A DNA stretch of 35,167 nt, taken from positions 1-35,167 of the forward strand of contig JAITXK010000177.1 in assembly GCA_031284765.1 (NCBI GenBank), written 5' to 3'. The notes beneath the pieces are model-generated. The model was not told the DNA's origin and did not search any database. It was given only the letters and a program-made list of their open reading frames with translations. The position numbers and the translations under genes are program-made. Source of the stretch: Candidatus Symbiothrix sp. (GTDB lineage Bacteria; Bacteroidota; Bacteroidia; Bacteroidales; Azobacteroidaceae). Shown here one piece after another: positions 20,014 to 29,979 of this stretch. Each line of letters begins with the position of its first letter. The stretch's first letter is position 1.

Positions 20014-20967
20014 ATGAGCGTAATAGAGTTACTAAAAAACAGTACAAAAACAGCCTTTTCGTTTGAAATTCTTCCGCCTTTGAAAGGGAACAATTTTTCA
20101 AAAGTATGTTCGATTATCGACAAATTGCGGGAATTTGAACCGAAATACATCAACATTACCACCCATCACAGCGAAACCGTTTACAGGGACAATGCCGACG
20201 GTTCGCAGCAAAAAATCAATGTCCGCAAACGTCCGGGCACGGTGGCGATTGCGGGAGCGATTCAAAATCGCTACAAAATACCGGCTGTTCCGCACATCAT
20301 CTGCAAGGGATTTACGAAGGAAGAAACCGAATATGCCTTGATTGATTTGCAGTATTTGGGCGTTACCGACCTGCTGCTGTTGCGGGGCGATGCCAAGAAA
20401 CTGGAGCGCGACCACGTTCCTCCCGGCAAAGGGCACGAACATGCCACCGATTTAATCCGTCAAGTCGCGGCTTTCAATCAAGGCGTCGATTTGGAGGGAA
20501 ACACGTTTGACAAACCCGATACGCCGTTTTCGTTCGGCGTTGCCTGCTATCCCGAAAAACACGAAGAAGCGCCCTCTATCGAATCGGATATGGCTTTTCT
20601 GAAACAAAAAATAGCAACGGGCGCGGAATATGCCGTTACGCAAATGTTTTTCAATAATCAAAAATATTTCGATTTTGTGAAACGATGCCGAGAAGAAGGC
20701 ATTACCGTGCCGATTATTCCGGGTATCAAGCCGATTGTTTTCCTGAATCAATTAACGGTCTTGCCTCAAATTTTCGGTTCGGATATTCCCGAAGCATTTG
20801 CCCAAGCATTGATGAAATGCAAAAATGATGATGAGGCCAAACAAGTGGGTATCGAATGGTCTATATTTCAATGTAAAGAATTGATACGGAAAGGCGTACC
20901 CAGTCTTCATTTTTATACCTTAATGGCGACGGATAGCGTTCGTCAAATAGCGAAAAGTATTTATTAA
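20014..20967 (+). CDS. metF: 5,10-methylenetetrahydrofolate reductase
   Basis: FSFEILPP, LLLRGD, GVACYPEKH, TQMFF and LHFYT motifs; ATG at 20014 preferred over TTG at 19996. Confidence 0.92.
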   Translation: MSVIELLKNSTKTAFSFEILPPLKGNNFSKVCSIIDKLREFEPKYINITTHHSETVYRDNADGSQQKINVRKRPGTVAIAGAIQNRYKIPAVPHIICKGFTKEETEYALIDLQYLGVTDLLLLRGDAKKLERDHVPPGKGHEHATDLIRQVAAFNQGVDLEGNTFDKPDTPFSFGVACYPEKHEEAPSIESDMAFLKQKIATGAEYAVTQMFFNNQKYFDFVKRCREEGITVPIIPGIKPIVFLNQLTVLPQIFGSDIPEAFAQALMKCKNDDEAKQVGIEWSIFQCKELIRKGVPSLHFYTLMATDSVRQIAKSIY

Positions 20968-20970
20968 AGC

Positions 20971-22092
20971 ATGTTTTTCAAAGATATTATCGGACAAAAC
21001 GACATCAAGCAACGCTTGATTCAATCGGTTAAAGAAGGCTTTATTCCTCATGCCCGTTTGATTTCGGGGCCGGAAGGAAGCGGCGCTTTGTCTTTAGCCC
21101 TCGCTTATGCGCGTTATGTGCATTGCACCAATCGTCAGGAAAGCGATGCTTGCGGAACGTGTCCGAGTTGCCGGCAATTCAATAAACTGTCGCATCCCGA
21201 TTTGCATTTTGTTTTTCCTGTCGTCAACAAAAAAGGAAGTAAAGATGCTTATTGCGACGATTTTTTGCCCGAGTGGCGGAAATTTCTGGCGGAAAATACG
21301 TATCCGACTTTACCGGAATGGCTTCAAGTCATTGGCGGGGAAAATGCACACGCTATTTACGCCCGCGAAAGCAACGAAATTACCCGCAAACTAAATTACA
21401 AGGCCTACGAGTCGGATTATAAAATAATAATTATCTGGTATCCCGAACAAATGACCGACGACGGCGCTAACAAATTATTGAAACTGCTGGAAGAACCACC
21501 CGCAAAAACCATTTTTCTCCTGGTTTCGGAAGACCCCGAAAGGGTGATTACTACCATTCGTTCGCGGGCGCAGGCCTTGGTTGTCCCTCCGATTGGCGAC
21601 GAAGCGTTGGCGCAGGCTTTGCAAACGAAATATACGCTTCCGGCCGAAGATATTCAATGGGTATTGCGCTTGGCCAACGGCAATTATAACGCCGCCATCG
21701 CCATCATTGACTCCACCGGTGAAAACGAAGCGTATCTTGGTTTGTTTACCACAATTATGCGCAACTCGTGGAAGCGCGATGTGCAAAATATGCGCGTCAC
21801 GGCCGACCAATTCGCCGCCATGGGTCGCGACAAGCAAAAGGCCTTTTTCGCTTACTGCCAACGCATGATGCGCGAGAATTTCCTGTATCGCCTGCAACAA
21901 CCTGAAATCAATTACATGAACCGGAAAGAGGCGGAGTTTGCCGTCAATTTTCATCCGTTTGTGAAAGAGAACAATATCATCGAATTTATGGACGAACTGG
22001 CTTTGGCGGAACGGCACATCGAAGCGAACGTGAATCCGCGTATGATTTTTTTCGATTTGTCTATGAAAATTGCCGTATTGTTAAAAAAATAG
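20971..22092 (+). CDS. holB: DNA polymerase III subunit delta-prime
   Basis: FKDIIGQ, degenerate Walker A, Zn motif CGTCPSC, HPDLHF, NKLLKLLEEPP and TIRSR. Confidence 0.9.
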   Translation: MFFKDIIGQNDIKQRLIQSVKEGFIPHARLISGPEGSGALSLALAYARYVHCTNRQESDACGTCPSCRQFNKLSHPDLHFVFPVVNKKGSKDAYCDDFLPEWRKFLAENTYPTLPEWLQVIGGENAHAIYARESNEITRKLNYKAYESDYKIIIIWYPEQMTDDGANKLLKLLEEPPAKTIFLLVSEDPERVITTIRSRAQALVVPPIGDEALAQALQTKYTLPAEDIQWVLRLANGNYNAAIAIIDSTGENEAYLGLFTTIMRNSWKRDVQNMRVTADQFAAMGRDKQKAFFAYCQRMMRENFLYRLQQPEINYMNRKEAEFAVNFHPFVKENNIIEFMDELALAERHIEANVNPRMIFFDLSMKIAVLLKK

Positions 22093-22107
22093 TAATTTTG
22101 TCCCATT

Positions 22108-23271
22108 ATGGAATATCGATTATATCACGGGCAATGTTGCATCAACGGAAAAGGTTGTTGCAAACAGCGCAATAAACTGAATACTTACGATTGGTTATGT
22201 GACATTCCCAAAGCACAGCAATCGACCGATTATGTGGAAGTTCAATTCAAGAACACCCGCAAAGCTTATTATCTCAACAGCAACCAATTGGAATTGGAAA
22301 AAGGCGATGTTGTAGCAGTGGAAGCCACTCCGGGACACGACATCGGCACTATTACGCTGACTGGCAAACTCGTGCTTTTGCAAATGAAAAAGCACCGTAT
22401 TCGTCCCGATGCCGAAATCAAGCGCGTGTACCGGAAGGCCAAGCCTAACGACCTGGAGAAATGCGAAGAAGCAAAAGCCAAAGAACACGAAACCATGATT
22501 CGGTCCCGCAAAATCGCCGAAGAGTTGGGACTTCAAATGAAAATCGGTGACGTGGAATATCAAGGCGACGGCAACAAAGCCATCTTTTATTATATTGCGG
22601 ATGACCGGGTTGATTTCCGTCAACTCATCAAGAATTTGGCGGACGCTTTTCATGTTCGCATCGAGATGAAGCAAATCGGTGCACGTCAGGAAGCGGGGCG
22701 CATCGGCGGCATCGGGCCTTGTGGTCGCGAGCTTTGTTGTTCGGGTTGGATGGGCAATTTTGTTTCGGTTTCCACGGGGGCTGCCCGTTTGCAGGACATT
22801 TCGCTCAACCCACAAAAATTAGCGGGACAATGCGCCAAACTAAAATGCTGCCTTAACTACGAAGTGGATGCTTATATGGAAGCGCAACGCAAATTTCCGT
22901 CCCGCGAAATTCCGTTGGAAACCCAAGATGCGACTTACTACCATTTCAAAACGGACGTTTTCAAAGACCAGATGCAGTATTCGACCGACAAACATATCGT
23001 GGCCAATCTGGTTACAATTACTTCCGCACGGGCTTACGAGATCATCAATATGAATAAAAAAGGGAGTAAACCGCTTTCTTTAACGGCGAAAGAAGAAACC
23101 GGCAAAACGCCCAAAGAATATCAGGATATTTTGGGGGAAAGCGTTACCCGTTTCGACTCGACTAAGAAGAAAAAGAAGAAGCAGAAACCGCAAGTACAAT
23201 CGCAGCCGCAACCGTTTGCGCATCAACCCAAAGTGTTGAAAAAGAAAAACAATAATGAAAACCGCCCGTAA
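22108..23271 (+). CDS. PSP1-domain / RicT (YaaT)-like Fe-S protein
   Basis: RVDFRQL, IGGIGPCGRELCC and KLAGQCAKLKCCLNYE motifs; follows holB; TAATTTTG at 22093-22100 just upstream. Confidence 0.88.
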   Translation: MEYRLYHGQCCINGKGCCKQRNKLNTYDWLCDIPKAQQSTDYVEVQFKNTRKAYYLNSNQLELEKGDVVAVEATPGHDIGTITLTGKLVLLQMKKHRIRPDAEIKRVYRKAKPNDLEKCEEAKAKEHETMIRSRKIAEELGLQMKIGDVEYQGDGNKAIFYYIADDRVDFRQLIKNLADAFHVRIEMKQIGARQEAGRIGGIGPCGRELCCSGWMGNFVSVSTGAARLQDISLNPQKLAGQCAKLKCCLNYEVDAYMEAQRKFPSREIPLETQDATYYHFKTDVFKDQMQYSTDKHIVANLVTITSARAYEIINMNKKGSKPLSLTAKEETGKTPKEYQDILGESVTRFDSTKKKKKKQKPQVQSQPQPFAHQPKVLKKKNNNENRP

Positions 23272-23746
23272 TCGCCATTCTATAAGGATTATGGGGATAT
23301 TTGCCGTTTGGGCAATCTTGTTTTCTTCATCGGCATGTTCCTCTAACGAAATATTTTCCGAATTTTATTCGTTTCCCGATGCACAATGGGATGCAAAAGA
23401 CACGGTCCGGTTTGAAGTGCCTGTGTCCGACCTTTTCAATACCTATGCTATTTATTTGACGGTGCGGAACAACAATCAATATCCGTTTCGCAATCTGTGG
23501 TTGTTTGCCGAACTTCAAAAGCCTGATGGAACACTCCGGTTGGATACTTTTTCGGTCAAATTGGCCGATGTGTATGGGAAATGGTATGGGAACGGGGTTA
23601 GTTTGTATTCCTTGTCGATTCTTTTTGAAAAACCGGTGCAGTATCCTGATACCGGGGTATATGTTTATCGTTTTCGTCAGGGGATGCGGGCGCGAGTGTT
23701 GGAGGGCATTTCAGACTTGGGGTTGCGGGTGGAGCCGGTAGATTAG
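23255..23746 (+). CDS. gldH: GldH-family lipoprotein
   Basis: Lipobox SSAC; RNNNQYPFRNLWL, GKWYGNG and QGMR..LEGISDLGL motifs. Confidence 0.8.
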   Translation: MKTARNRHSIRIMGIFAVWAILFSSSACSSNEIFSEFYSFPDAQWDAKDTVRFEVPVSDLFNTYAIYLTVRNNNQYPFRNLWLFAELQKPDGTLRLDTFSVKLADVYGKWYGNGVSLYSLSILFEKPVQYPDTGVYVYRFRQGMRARVLEGISDLGLRVEPVD

Positions 23747-23828
23747 TTTTGGTAAAACAAGGTATGCAGGAGTTAAAAAGTGACTCCGGATCGGAATTCG
23801 ATGTAGGTGGTCTCAAAGTGTCCGAGAT

Positions 23829-23872
23829 TGAGCTAATAATTTATTTAGCTTGAACTAATAAATTATTTAGGC
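23829..23872. repeat. 22-bp direct repeat x2, AT-rich and quasi-palindromic
   Basis: tgagctaataatttatttagct / tgaactaataaattatttaggc (18/22 identical). Confidence 0.6.
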
Positions 23873-23940
23873 AAAGATTACAGCCACCCAGTATGAAAAA
23901 ACGGTTATTACTTCAGCTTTTTTTTTCAGACAATTAGTAC

Positions 23941-23948
23941 TACCTTTG
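23941..23948 (+). promoter_or_regulatory. -7 promoter element for ruvX-def
   Basis: TACCTTTG, 10 nt upstream of the ATG at 23959. Confidence 0.6.
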
Positions 23949-23958
23949 CCCCCATATT

Positions 23959-24375
23959 ATGGGAAGAATTATCGCCATCGATTACGGAAAAAAACGCACG
24001 GGATTAGCTGTTTCCGACCCTTTGCAATTGATTGCAGGCGGGTTGACAACGGTTAACAGTCACGAAGCCGTGGCCTTTCTCAAAAAATATGCAGCAACCG
24101 AAACGGTTGATGTATTTGTTTTGGGTGAACCCCGGCAACTGAATAATGAACCGTCGGAAAATGCTTTGCGGGTGGAACTTTTCCGCAAGAATTTGCAGAA
24201 AGCAATCCCTGCCATTCCCGTTCAAATGATGGACGAGCGGTTTACCTCCGTTTTAGCCCATCAGGCAATGCTTGACGGCGGACTCAAGAAAAAACAACGG
24301 CAAAATAAAGAACTGGTGGACGAATTAAGCGCAACTATTTTATTACAAACGTATTTAGAATCCATAAGAAAATGA
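23959..24375 (+). CDS. ruvX: YqgF/RuvX family pre-16S rRNA nuclease
   Basis: [21 protein letters not shown] and [11 protein letters not shown] motifs. Confidence 0.93.
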   Translation: MGRIIAIDYGKKRTGLAVSDPLQLIAGGLTTVNSHEAVAFLKKYAATETVDVFVLGEPRQLNNEPSENALRVELFRKNLQKAIPAIPVQMMDERFTSVLAHQAMLDGGLKKKQRQNKELVDELSATILLQTYLESIRK

Positions 24376-24917
24376 TATTACCTATTTATCTGTACGGACA
24401 GAGCATTTTAAGAAAAATAACTAAAGACATTCCTCTGGATTATCCGAACTTGAACAACTTGCTGGATACGATGTTCGAAACGATGTACAATGCGGAAGGT
24501 GTCGGCTTGGCAGCTCCGCAAATCGGGTTGGAAGACCGTATCTTAGTGATTGATTTGGCTCCTTGTGCCGAAATTGACCCTGCTTGCGCCGATTTCAAAA
24601 AAGTATTTATCAATGCGCATATTGTGGAACGCGATGGCGAAGAGGTACTGATGGAAGAAGGTTGCCTGTCCATCCCGAATATCCACGAAAAAGTGCTTCG
24701 CCCGGGCCGCATCCGGATTCAATATCTGGACGAAAACCTGCAGGCGCACGACGAAGTCTTCGAAGGCTATCCCGCCCGCGTGATTCAACACGAATACGAC
24801 CATTTGGATGGAATTATGTTCGTTGACCGCATTGCAGGCATCCGCAAACAATTGATTCGTTCCAAATTAAATAAAATCATGAAAAAGAACGTGCAGTGTT
24901 CTTATCGAGTTAAATGA
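24372..24917 (+). CDS. def: Peptide deformylase
   Basis: [13 protein letters not shown] and QHEYDHLDG motifs. Confidence 0.97.
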   Translation: MILPIYLYGQSILRKITKDIPLDYPNLNNLLDTMFETMYNAEGVGLAAPQIGLEDRILVIDLAPCAEIDPACADFKKVFINAHIVERDGEEVLMEEGCLSIPNIHEKVLRPGRIRIQYLDENLQAHDEVFEGYPARVIQHEYDHLDGIMFVDRIAGIRKQLIRSKLNKIMKKNVQCSYRVK

Positions 24918-24949
24918 AGAAATGCAGGGCAAAACTGTTGATTTTGAAA

Positions 24950-25753
24950 TCAAACGTGCATGTAAGTGAAACAATCAGGGAACTCCGGGGATAATTTCTC
25001 CGGAGTTTTAAATATCCCGAAAACGGTGGAACCCGAACCTGACATGGAGGCATACACCGCTCCTAATTCGTACAATTTTTCTTTGATGCGACCGATTGCG
25101 GGATACGCGGGAAATACACTGGCTTCAAAATCGTTTACCAAACGGCCTTTCCATGTATCGACAGGGTCTTGAATAATCGTCAGAATTGATTCGTGCGGTT
25201 TTCCCGGTTTGACCGCCGAGTATGCTGCTTGGGTAGAAACATGGATATCCGGTTTGACCAAGCCCACATAATATCCGGAAAGCGAAAAAGGGACAGGAGA
25301 GAAAATATTCCCAATGCCTTCCGCAAAAACAGGTTGATTTTGAATGAAAAACGGACAATCCGCCCCTAATTGAACGGCATATTCTTCCAATTGTTCGTTG
25401 GAAAGATGCAGTTCGGCAAACTCGTTCAACAGTTTGAGCATAAAAGCTGCATCGGCCGAACCGCCGCCCAATCCCGCACCAAACGGAATATTCTTCTGTA
25501 GATAAATCGCAATTTCAGGCAAATCATAATGCGCTTTCAACAAATGAAAGGCTTTCATGACTAAATTTGTTTGCGAGTCGCCGTCTATCGCAATGCCCGA
25601 AGGCGTAAATGAAGGATTGGACGCCGGAACCACTTCCAAAGCGTCGCATAATTCCAAGGGATAGAAAACCGTTTCGAGATTGTGGTAACCATCGGGACGT
25701 TTAGAAACAATATTCAGGCCTAAATTGATTTTTGCATTCGGAAAAACAATCAT
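24950..25753 (-). CDS. ispE: 4-diphosphocytidyl-2C-methyl-D-erythritol kinase
   Basis: NAKINLGL, DGYHNLET, IPFGAGLGGGSADAA and MSGSGS motifs. Confidence 0.95.
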   Translation of the reverse strand: MIVFPNAKINLGLNIVSKRPDGYHNLETVFYPLELCDALEVVPASNPSFTPSGIAIDGDSQTNLVMKAFHLLKAHYDLPEIAIYLQKNIPFGAGLGGGSADAAFMLKLLNEFAELHLSNEQLEEYAVQLGADCPFFIQNQPVFAEGIGNIFSPVPFSLSGYYVGLVKPDIHVSTQAAYSAVKPGKPHESILTIIQDPVDTWKGRLVNDFEASVFPAYPAIGRIKEKLYELGAVYASMSGSGSTVFGIFKTPEKLSPEFPDCFTYMHV

Positions 25754-25772
25754 AAATCTAAAAGTTTGGGAG

Positions 25773-25809
25773 CAAAGTTACGATTAATATTTAAAATCGT
25801 GTAACTTTG
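25773..25809. promoter_or_regulatory. Back-to-back -7 elements for ispE (-) and ansA (+)
   Basis: TAACTTTG on the - strand at 25773-25780 and on the + strand at 25802-25809. Confidence 0.6.
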
Positions 25810-25833
25810 TCCTTCGTTTCATACGGATACAAT

Positions 25834-26874
25834 ATGTTAGATAATAATGCTTCAGTACTCTTGATTTATACAGGCGGAACTATTGGAATGGTAGAAGACC
25901 CTGAAACAGGCATGTTAAGGACATACGATTTTGACCATTTAAAAGAATACGTTCCGGAATTGAGTCGTCTCAAATTTCATATCGACAGTGTTCATTTCAG
26001 CGAACCCATCGATTCCTCGGATATGAGTCCCGAAAAATGGAAGAAAATCGTGTGGCTCATCGAAGACAATTACAGCCAATACGATGGCTTTGTGATTCTG
26101 CACGGCACGGATACGATGGCTTATTCGGCTTCCGCGCTGAGTTTTATGTTGGAAAACCTCGATAAGCCCGTGATTCTGACAGGTTCGCAACTGCCCATCG
26201 GAAAAATCCGTACCGATGGCAAGGAGAACCTGATTACCGCCCTGGAAATTGCTGTCGATAAAGATCCCGAGGGCAATGCCTTTGTGACGGAAGTCTGCAT
26301 CTTCTTCCAAAACTTTCTGATGCGGGGCAACCGGACAACGAAAATCAATGCAGCCAATTTCAAAGCCTTCAACTCGTTCAATTTCCCGATTTTGGCCGAA
26401 GCCGGAACGCATATCCGCTACCGTCACGATTTGATTCATCACCCTTTACCGAACAGTAAGCCCAAATTTCATTACGCTTTAGACTCTAATATTGCCATTA
26501 TTAAACTGTTCCCCGGCATCTCCGCATCTGTTTTGAAAGCGATGATTGAAATTCCGCATTTGAAAGGCATTGTGTTGGAAACCTACGGTTCGGGCAATGC
26601 TCCCGGCAAAAAATGGTTTTTAGATATTATTGAGGAGGCTGTGAATAAGGGTATTGTCGTGGTAAATGTAAGCCAATGCGCAAGCGGGTCGGTCAATATG
26701 CAGCGTTATGAATCGGGTATTGCCCTGAAGCATATTGGCGTACTCTCCGGTTACGACATTACGACGGAGGCCGCAGTGGCCAAACTGATGTTCCTCTTTG
26801 GACATGGATTAGACCGCCGGGAAGTGAAGACTTCAATGAAGGTTGCTCTGGTGGGGGAGGCAACAATAGAATAA
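25834..26874 (+). CDS. ansA: Type I (cytoplasmic) L-asparaginase
   Basis: IYTGGTIGM, HGTDTM, LTGSQLP and ETYGSGN motifs; no signal peptide; ATG at 25834. Confidence 0.93.
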   Translation: MLDNNASVLLIYTGGTIGMVEDPETGMLRTYDFDHLKEYVPELSRLKFHIDSVHFSEPIDSSDMSPEKWKKIVWLIEDNYSQYDGFVILHGTDTMAYSASALSFMLENLDKPVILTGSQLPIGKIRTDGKENLITALEIAVDKDPEGNAFVTEVCIFFQNFLMRGNRTTKINAANFKAFNSFNFPILAEAGTHIRYRHDLIHHPLPNSKPKFHYALDSNIAIIKLFPGISASVLKAMIEIPHLKGIVLETYGSGNAPGKKWFLDIIEEAVNKGIVVVNVSQCASGSVNMQRYESGIALKHIGVLSGYDITTEAAVAKLMFLFGHGLDRREVKTSMKVALVGEATIE

Positions 26875-26882
26875 CCCCCCTA

Positions 26883-29800
26883 TTACTGTTTTCTATTGGT
26901 TGAAAAATAAGAATACACCGCAGGCACCACAAACATCGTCAAAAACGTAGAAAGTGTCATCCCGCCGATGACCGAAATACCCATCGCAATACGGCTTTGC
27001 GCACCTTCCGCACTGGCAAAAGCCAAAGGCAAAAGTCCTAAAATGGTTGAAAAACTCGTCATTAGAATGGGACGAAGCCGTTGTACGGCAGCACCTTCGA
27101 TGGCTTGCCATTTATTCATTCCGGCTTCCTGCCGTTGGTTGGCAAATTCGACGATTAAAATACCGTTTTTCGCGACTAATCCGATAAGCATGATGATGCC
27201 TATTTCGCTGAAAATGTTCATCGTGACGCCACAGATACTCATCAATATCAGGGCGCCGGCAATGGCCAAGGGCACGGTCAACATCACAACAAACGGGTCT
27301 TTAAAGCTTTCAAATTGAGCGGATAATATTAAAAATATCAATATCAATGCTAAGCCGAAGGCGAACATCAAACTGGATGAACTTTCGCGAAATTCTTTGG
27401 ATTCGCCGGTTAAGGCCGTGCGGAATGAATCGTCCAACACTTCTTTGGCGATGTTGTCCATCGCGTCCAAGCCTTTGCCGATGGTTACGCCCTTCGCCAA
27501 TCCCGTGCTGATGGTTGCGGAGTTAAACCGATTGTAACGATACAGTTGCGGGGGTGATACGTTTTCCGACAATTCGACAATATTATCCAATTGTATCATA
27601 TTGCCCTCGTCGTTTTTGATGTAGATGGATTTCAAATTCAAAGGCGTATTGCGTTGCTGGCGATTGATTTCCGCCAAAATCTGATATTGTTTTCCGTTCA
27701 TATAGAAATAGCCCAAACGCTGGCCGCTCAAGGCATATTGCAAGGTTTGTCCGATGTCGCGCGTACTCACTCCCAACAGGGTGGCCTTGTCGCGGTCGAT
27801 TTCAACGCGCGTTTCGGGCTTGGTAAACTTCAAATTGACATCGGCCATCTGGAACAGCGGACTTTCATTTACTTTATTCATAAACAAGGGGATAAACTCC
27901 TGCAACTTGTCGATATTGGGCGCTTGCAGCACATACTGAATCGGCATTCCGCCCCGCCGTCCGCCGAAAGTGGATTGCTGTTGGACGAATGAACGCGCCT
28001 CATTTTCCTGACGAACTGCATTTGACAAGGCATCGGAAATCTCCATCTGACTGCGCTTCCGGTCTTTGATGTCAGGCAATTCCAAACGGATAAACGCCCG
28101 CCCGGTATTGACCATCAGCGTGTTTGATTCCCTTTCAAAGGCTACCGAATCGGCAATCACGGCAATCTTGTTGGCATAATCCTGGTAATATTCATACGTG
28201 GAACCTTCCGGCCCCCGCATGTTGATGGTGACTTGCGAACGGTCTTCCATCGGCGCCATTTCGGTGGGAATTTTCTTCCATAAAAGGACAATCGCCAACA
28301 GGGTAATGCCGATAATCGGCCACGTAAGCCAACGCCGGTGCAGAAAGAGATTCAGGCCTTTGCCGTAATAATAATTCAGACCGGTAAAAAATGGTTCGGT
28401 AACGCGATAGAATCCGTTTTGTTTTTCCCTTTTCTTCAACAATTTGGTGGCAAGCATCGGCGTAAAAGTCAATGCGGCAAAGGCGGAAATGATGACCGAA
28501 CCCGAAATCACCAGGCTGAATTCACGGAACAAACGGCCGGTCATCCCCTGCATGAAGACAATCGGGAGGAAGACCGCCACCAATGTAATGGTCGTGGAAA
28601 CCACCGCAAAGAAGATTTCTTTCGAGCCTTCGATGCCCGCCTCCTTCGGATTCATGCCTTTTTCGATGCGGACGTAGATGTTTTCCGTTACTACAATGGC
28701 ATCATCTACCACCAAGCCCACCGAAAGCACCACAGCCAACATTGACAAGACATTGATGGAAAATCCGGCAATATACATGATGAAGAACGCCCCAATCAGT
28801 GACACGGGTATCACGATGCAAGGCACCAAGGTGACCCGCCAATCGCGCAAAAACAAGAAGATGATGATAATGACCAAAGCGAAGGCGATAAACACCGTTT
28901 CTTCCACCTCATGGATGGAGGCGCGGATAAATTTCGTGTTGTCGAAGGTGGTGGACAAAATTACATCTTCGGGCAAGTCTTTCTGCATCTGCTTTACACG
29001 GACGGCCACTTCATCGGAAATCTCAATCTGGTTCGCTCCGGGTTGCGGAATAACGACTACGCTGACCATCGGAACGCCGTTTTTGCGCATGATGCTCCGC
29101 TGGTCTTCGGGGCCTAATTCGGCCATTCCGATGTCGCTGAAGCGGACCACGTTATAATTGTCTTCCTTAATAATCAGATTATTGAACTCTTCGGGCGTTT
29201 TCATCAGTCCCAAGGTGCGGATGGTCAGTTCCATTTTATCGCCTTCGATGCTGCCGGAGGGAAGTTCCACATTTTCGCGGTCAATGGCGTTTTTCACGTC
29301 CATGGGTGTAATGCTGTAGGCTGCCATCTTGACCGGGTCGAGCCACAGCCGCATGGAATAGCGCTTTTCGCCCCAAATGCCTACCGAACTGACGTTTTGA
29401 ATGGTTTGCAGTTGTTCTTTCACGGTTAAGTCGGCTATTTCGCTCAACTCCAATAGATTTCGTTTTTCGCTTTGGAGCGTAATCTGCAATATCGGTTGGT
29501 CATCGGCATCGGCTTTGGAAACGGTTGGTGGGTCGCAATCGCGGGGCAGAAAGCGTTGTGCACGGGAAACTTTATCGCGCACATCGTTGGCCGCGGTTTC
29601 CATATCTACATTCAATTCAAATTCGACCGTAATCCGCGAAGAGCCTTGACTGCTGACGCTTGACAGCGAACGGATTCCCGGAATGCCGTTGATGTTCTGT
29701 TCCAACGGTTCGGTAATCTGGTTTTCGATAATGTCGGCATTCGCTCCCGGGTAGCCGACGTTGACTGTGATTATCGGATTATCCACACTGGGGTATTCCC

Positions 29801-29903
29801 GGATGCCTAAATAGGAGTAACCGATGAAGCCGAAAATCAAAATTATCAACACCATTACAGTGGATAATACCGGCCTTTTTATGCTTAATTCAGATATATT
29901 CAT
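26883..29903 (-). CDS. RND efflux permease (AcrB/MdtC-like, 1006 aa)
   Basis: MNISELSIKRPV start, GLVVDDAIVVTEN, GLVAKNGILIVEF and RLRPILMT motifs; the ORF-track extension to 30017 is read through a repeat tract. Confidence 0.93.
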   Translation of the reverse strand: MNISELSIKRPVLSTVMVLIILIFGFIGYSYLGIREYPSVDNPIITVNVGYPGANADIIENQITEPLEQNINGIPGIRSLSSVSSQGSSRITVEFELNVDMETAANDVRDKVSRAQRFLPRDCDPPTVSKADADDQPILQITLQSEKRNLLELSEIADLTVKEQLQTIQNVSSVGIWGEKRYSMRLWLDPVKMAAYSITPMDVKNAIDRENVELPSGSIEGDKMELTIRTLGLMKTPEEFNNLIIKEDNYNVVRFSDIGMAELGPEDQRSIMRKNGVPMVSVVVIPQPGANQIEISDEVAVRVKQMQKDLPEDVILSTTFDNTKFIRASIHEVEETVFIAFALVIIIIFLFLRDWRVTLVPCIVIPVSLIGAFFIMYIAGFSINVLSMLAVVLSVGLVVDDAIVVTENIYVRIEKGMNPKEAGIEGSKEIFFAVVSTTITLVAVFLPIVFMQGMTGRLFREFSLVISGSVIISAFAALTFTPMLATKLLKKREKQNGFYRVTEPFFTGLNYYYGKGLNLFLHRRWLTWPIIGITLLAIVLLWKKIPTEMAPMEDRSQVTINMRGPEGSTYEYYQDYANKIAVIADSVAFERESNTLMVNTGRAFIRLELPDIKDRKRSQMEISDALSNAVRQENEARSFVQQQSTFGGRRGGMPIQYVLQAPNIDKLQEFIPLFMNKVNESPLFQMADVNLKFTKPETRVEIDRDKATLLGVSTRDIGQTLQYALSGQRLGYFYMNGKQYQILAEINRQQRNTPLNLKSIYIKNDEGNMIQLDNIVELSENVSPPQLYRYNRFNSATISTGLAKGVTIGKGLDAMDNIAKEVLDDSFRTALTGESKEFRESSSSLMFAFGLALILIFLILSAQFESFKDPFVVMLTVPLAIAGALILMSICGVTMNIFSEIGIIMLIGLVAKNGILIVEFANQRQEAGMNKWQAIEGAAVQRLRPILMTSFSTILGLLPLAFASAEGAQSRIAMGISVIGGMTLSTFLTMFVVPAVYSYFSTNRKQ

Positions 29904-29906
29904 GGG

Positions 29907-29959
29907 GTAAGAATGAAAATAATGAAAGAAATGAAAATAATGAAGGGAATGGGGGGAGG
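29907..29959 (+). repeat. 9-bp tandem repeats ending in AATG (x5) plus G-tract; left arm of an inverted pair
   Basis: gtaagaatg aaaataatg aaagaaatg aaaataatg aagggaatg gggggagg. Confidence 0.88.
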
Positions 29960-29979
29960 ATGTTTCATGATGGATAAAT

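Noticed and set aside
20971-22092. Broken Walker A motif suggesting a pseudogene
   Set aside because: Delta-prime subunits normally have a degenerate P-loop, and the ORF is intact.
23764-23853. 29-aa + strand ORF after gldH
   Set aside because: No motif or convincing initiation context; expected by chance.
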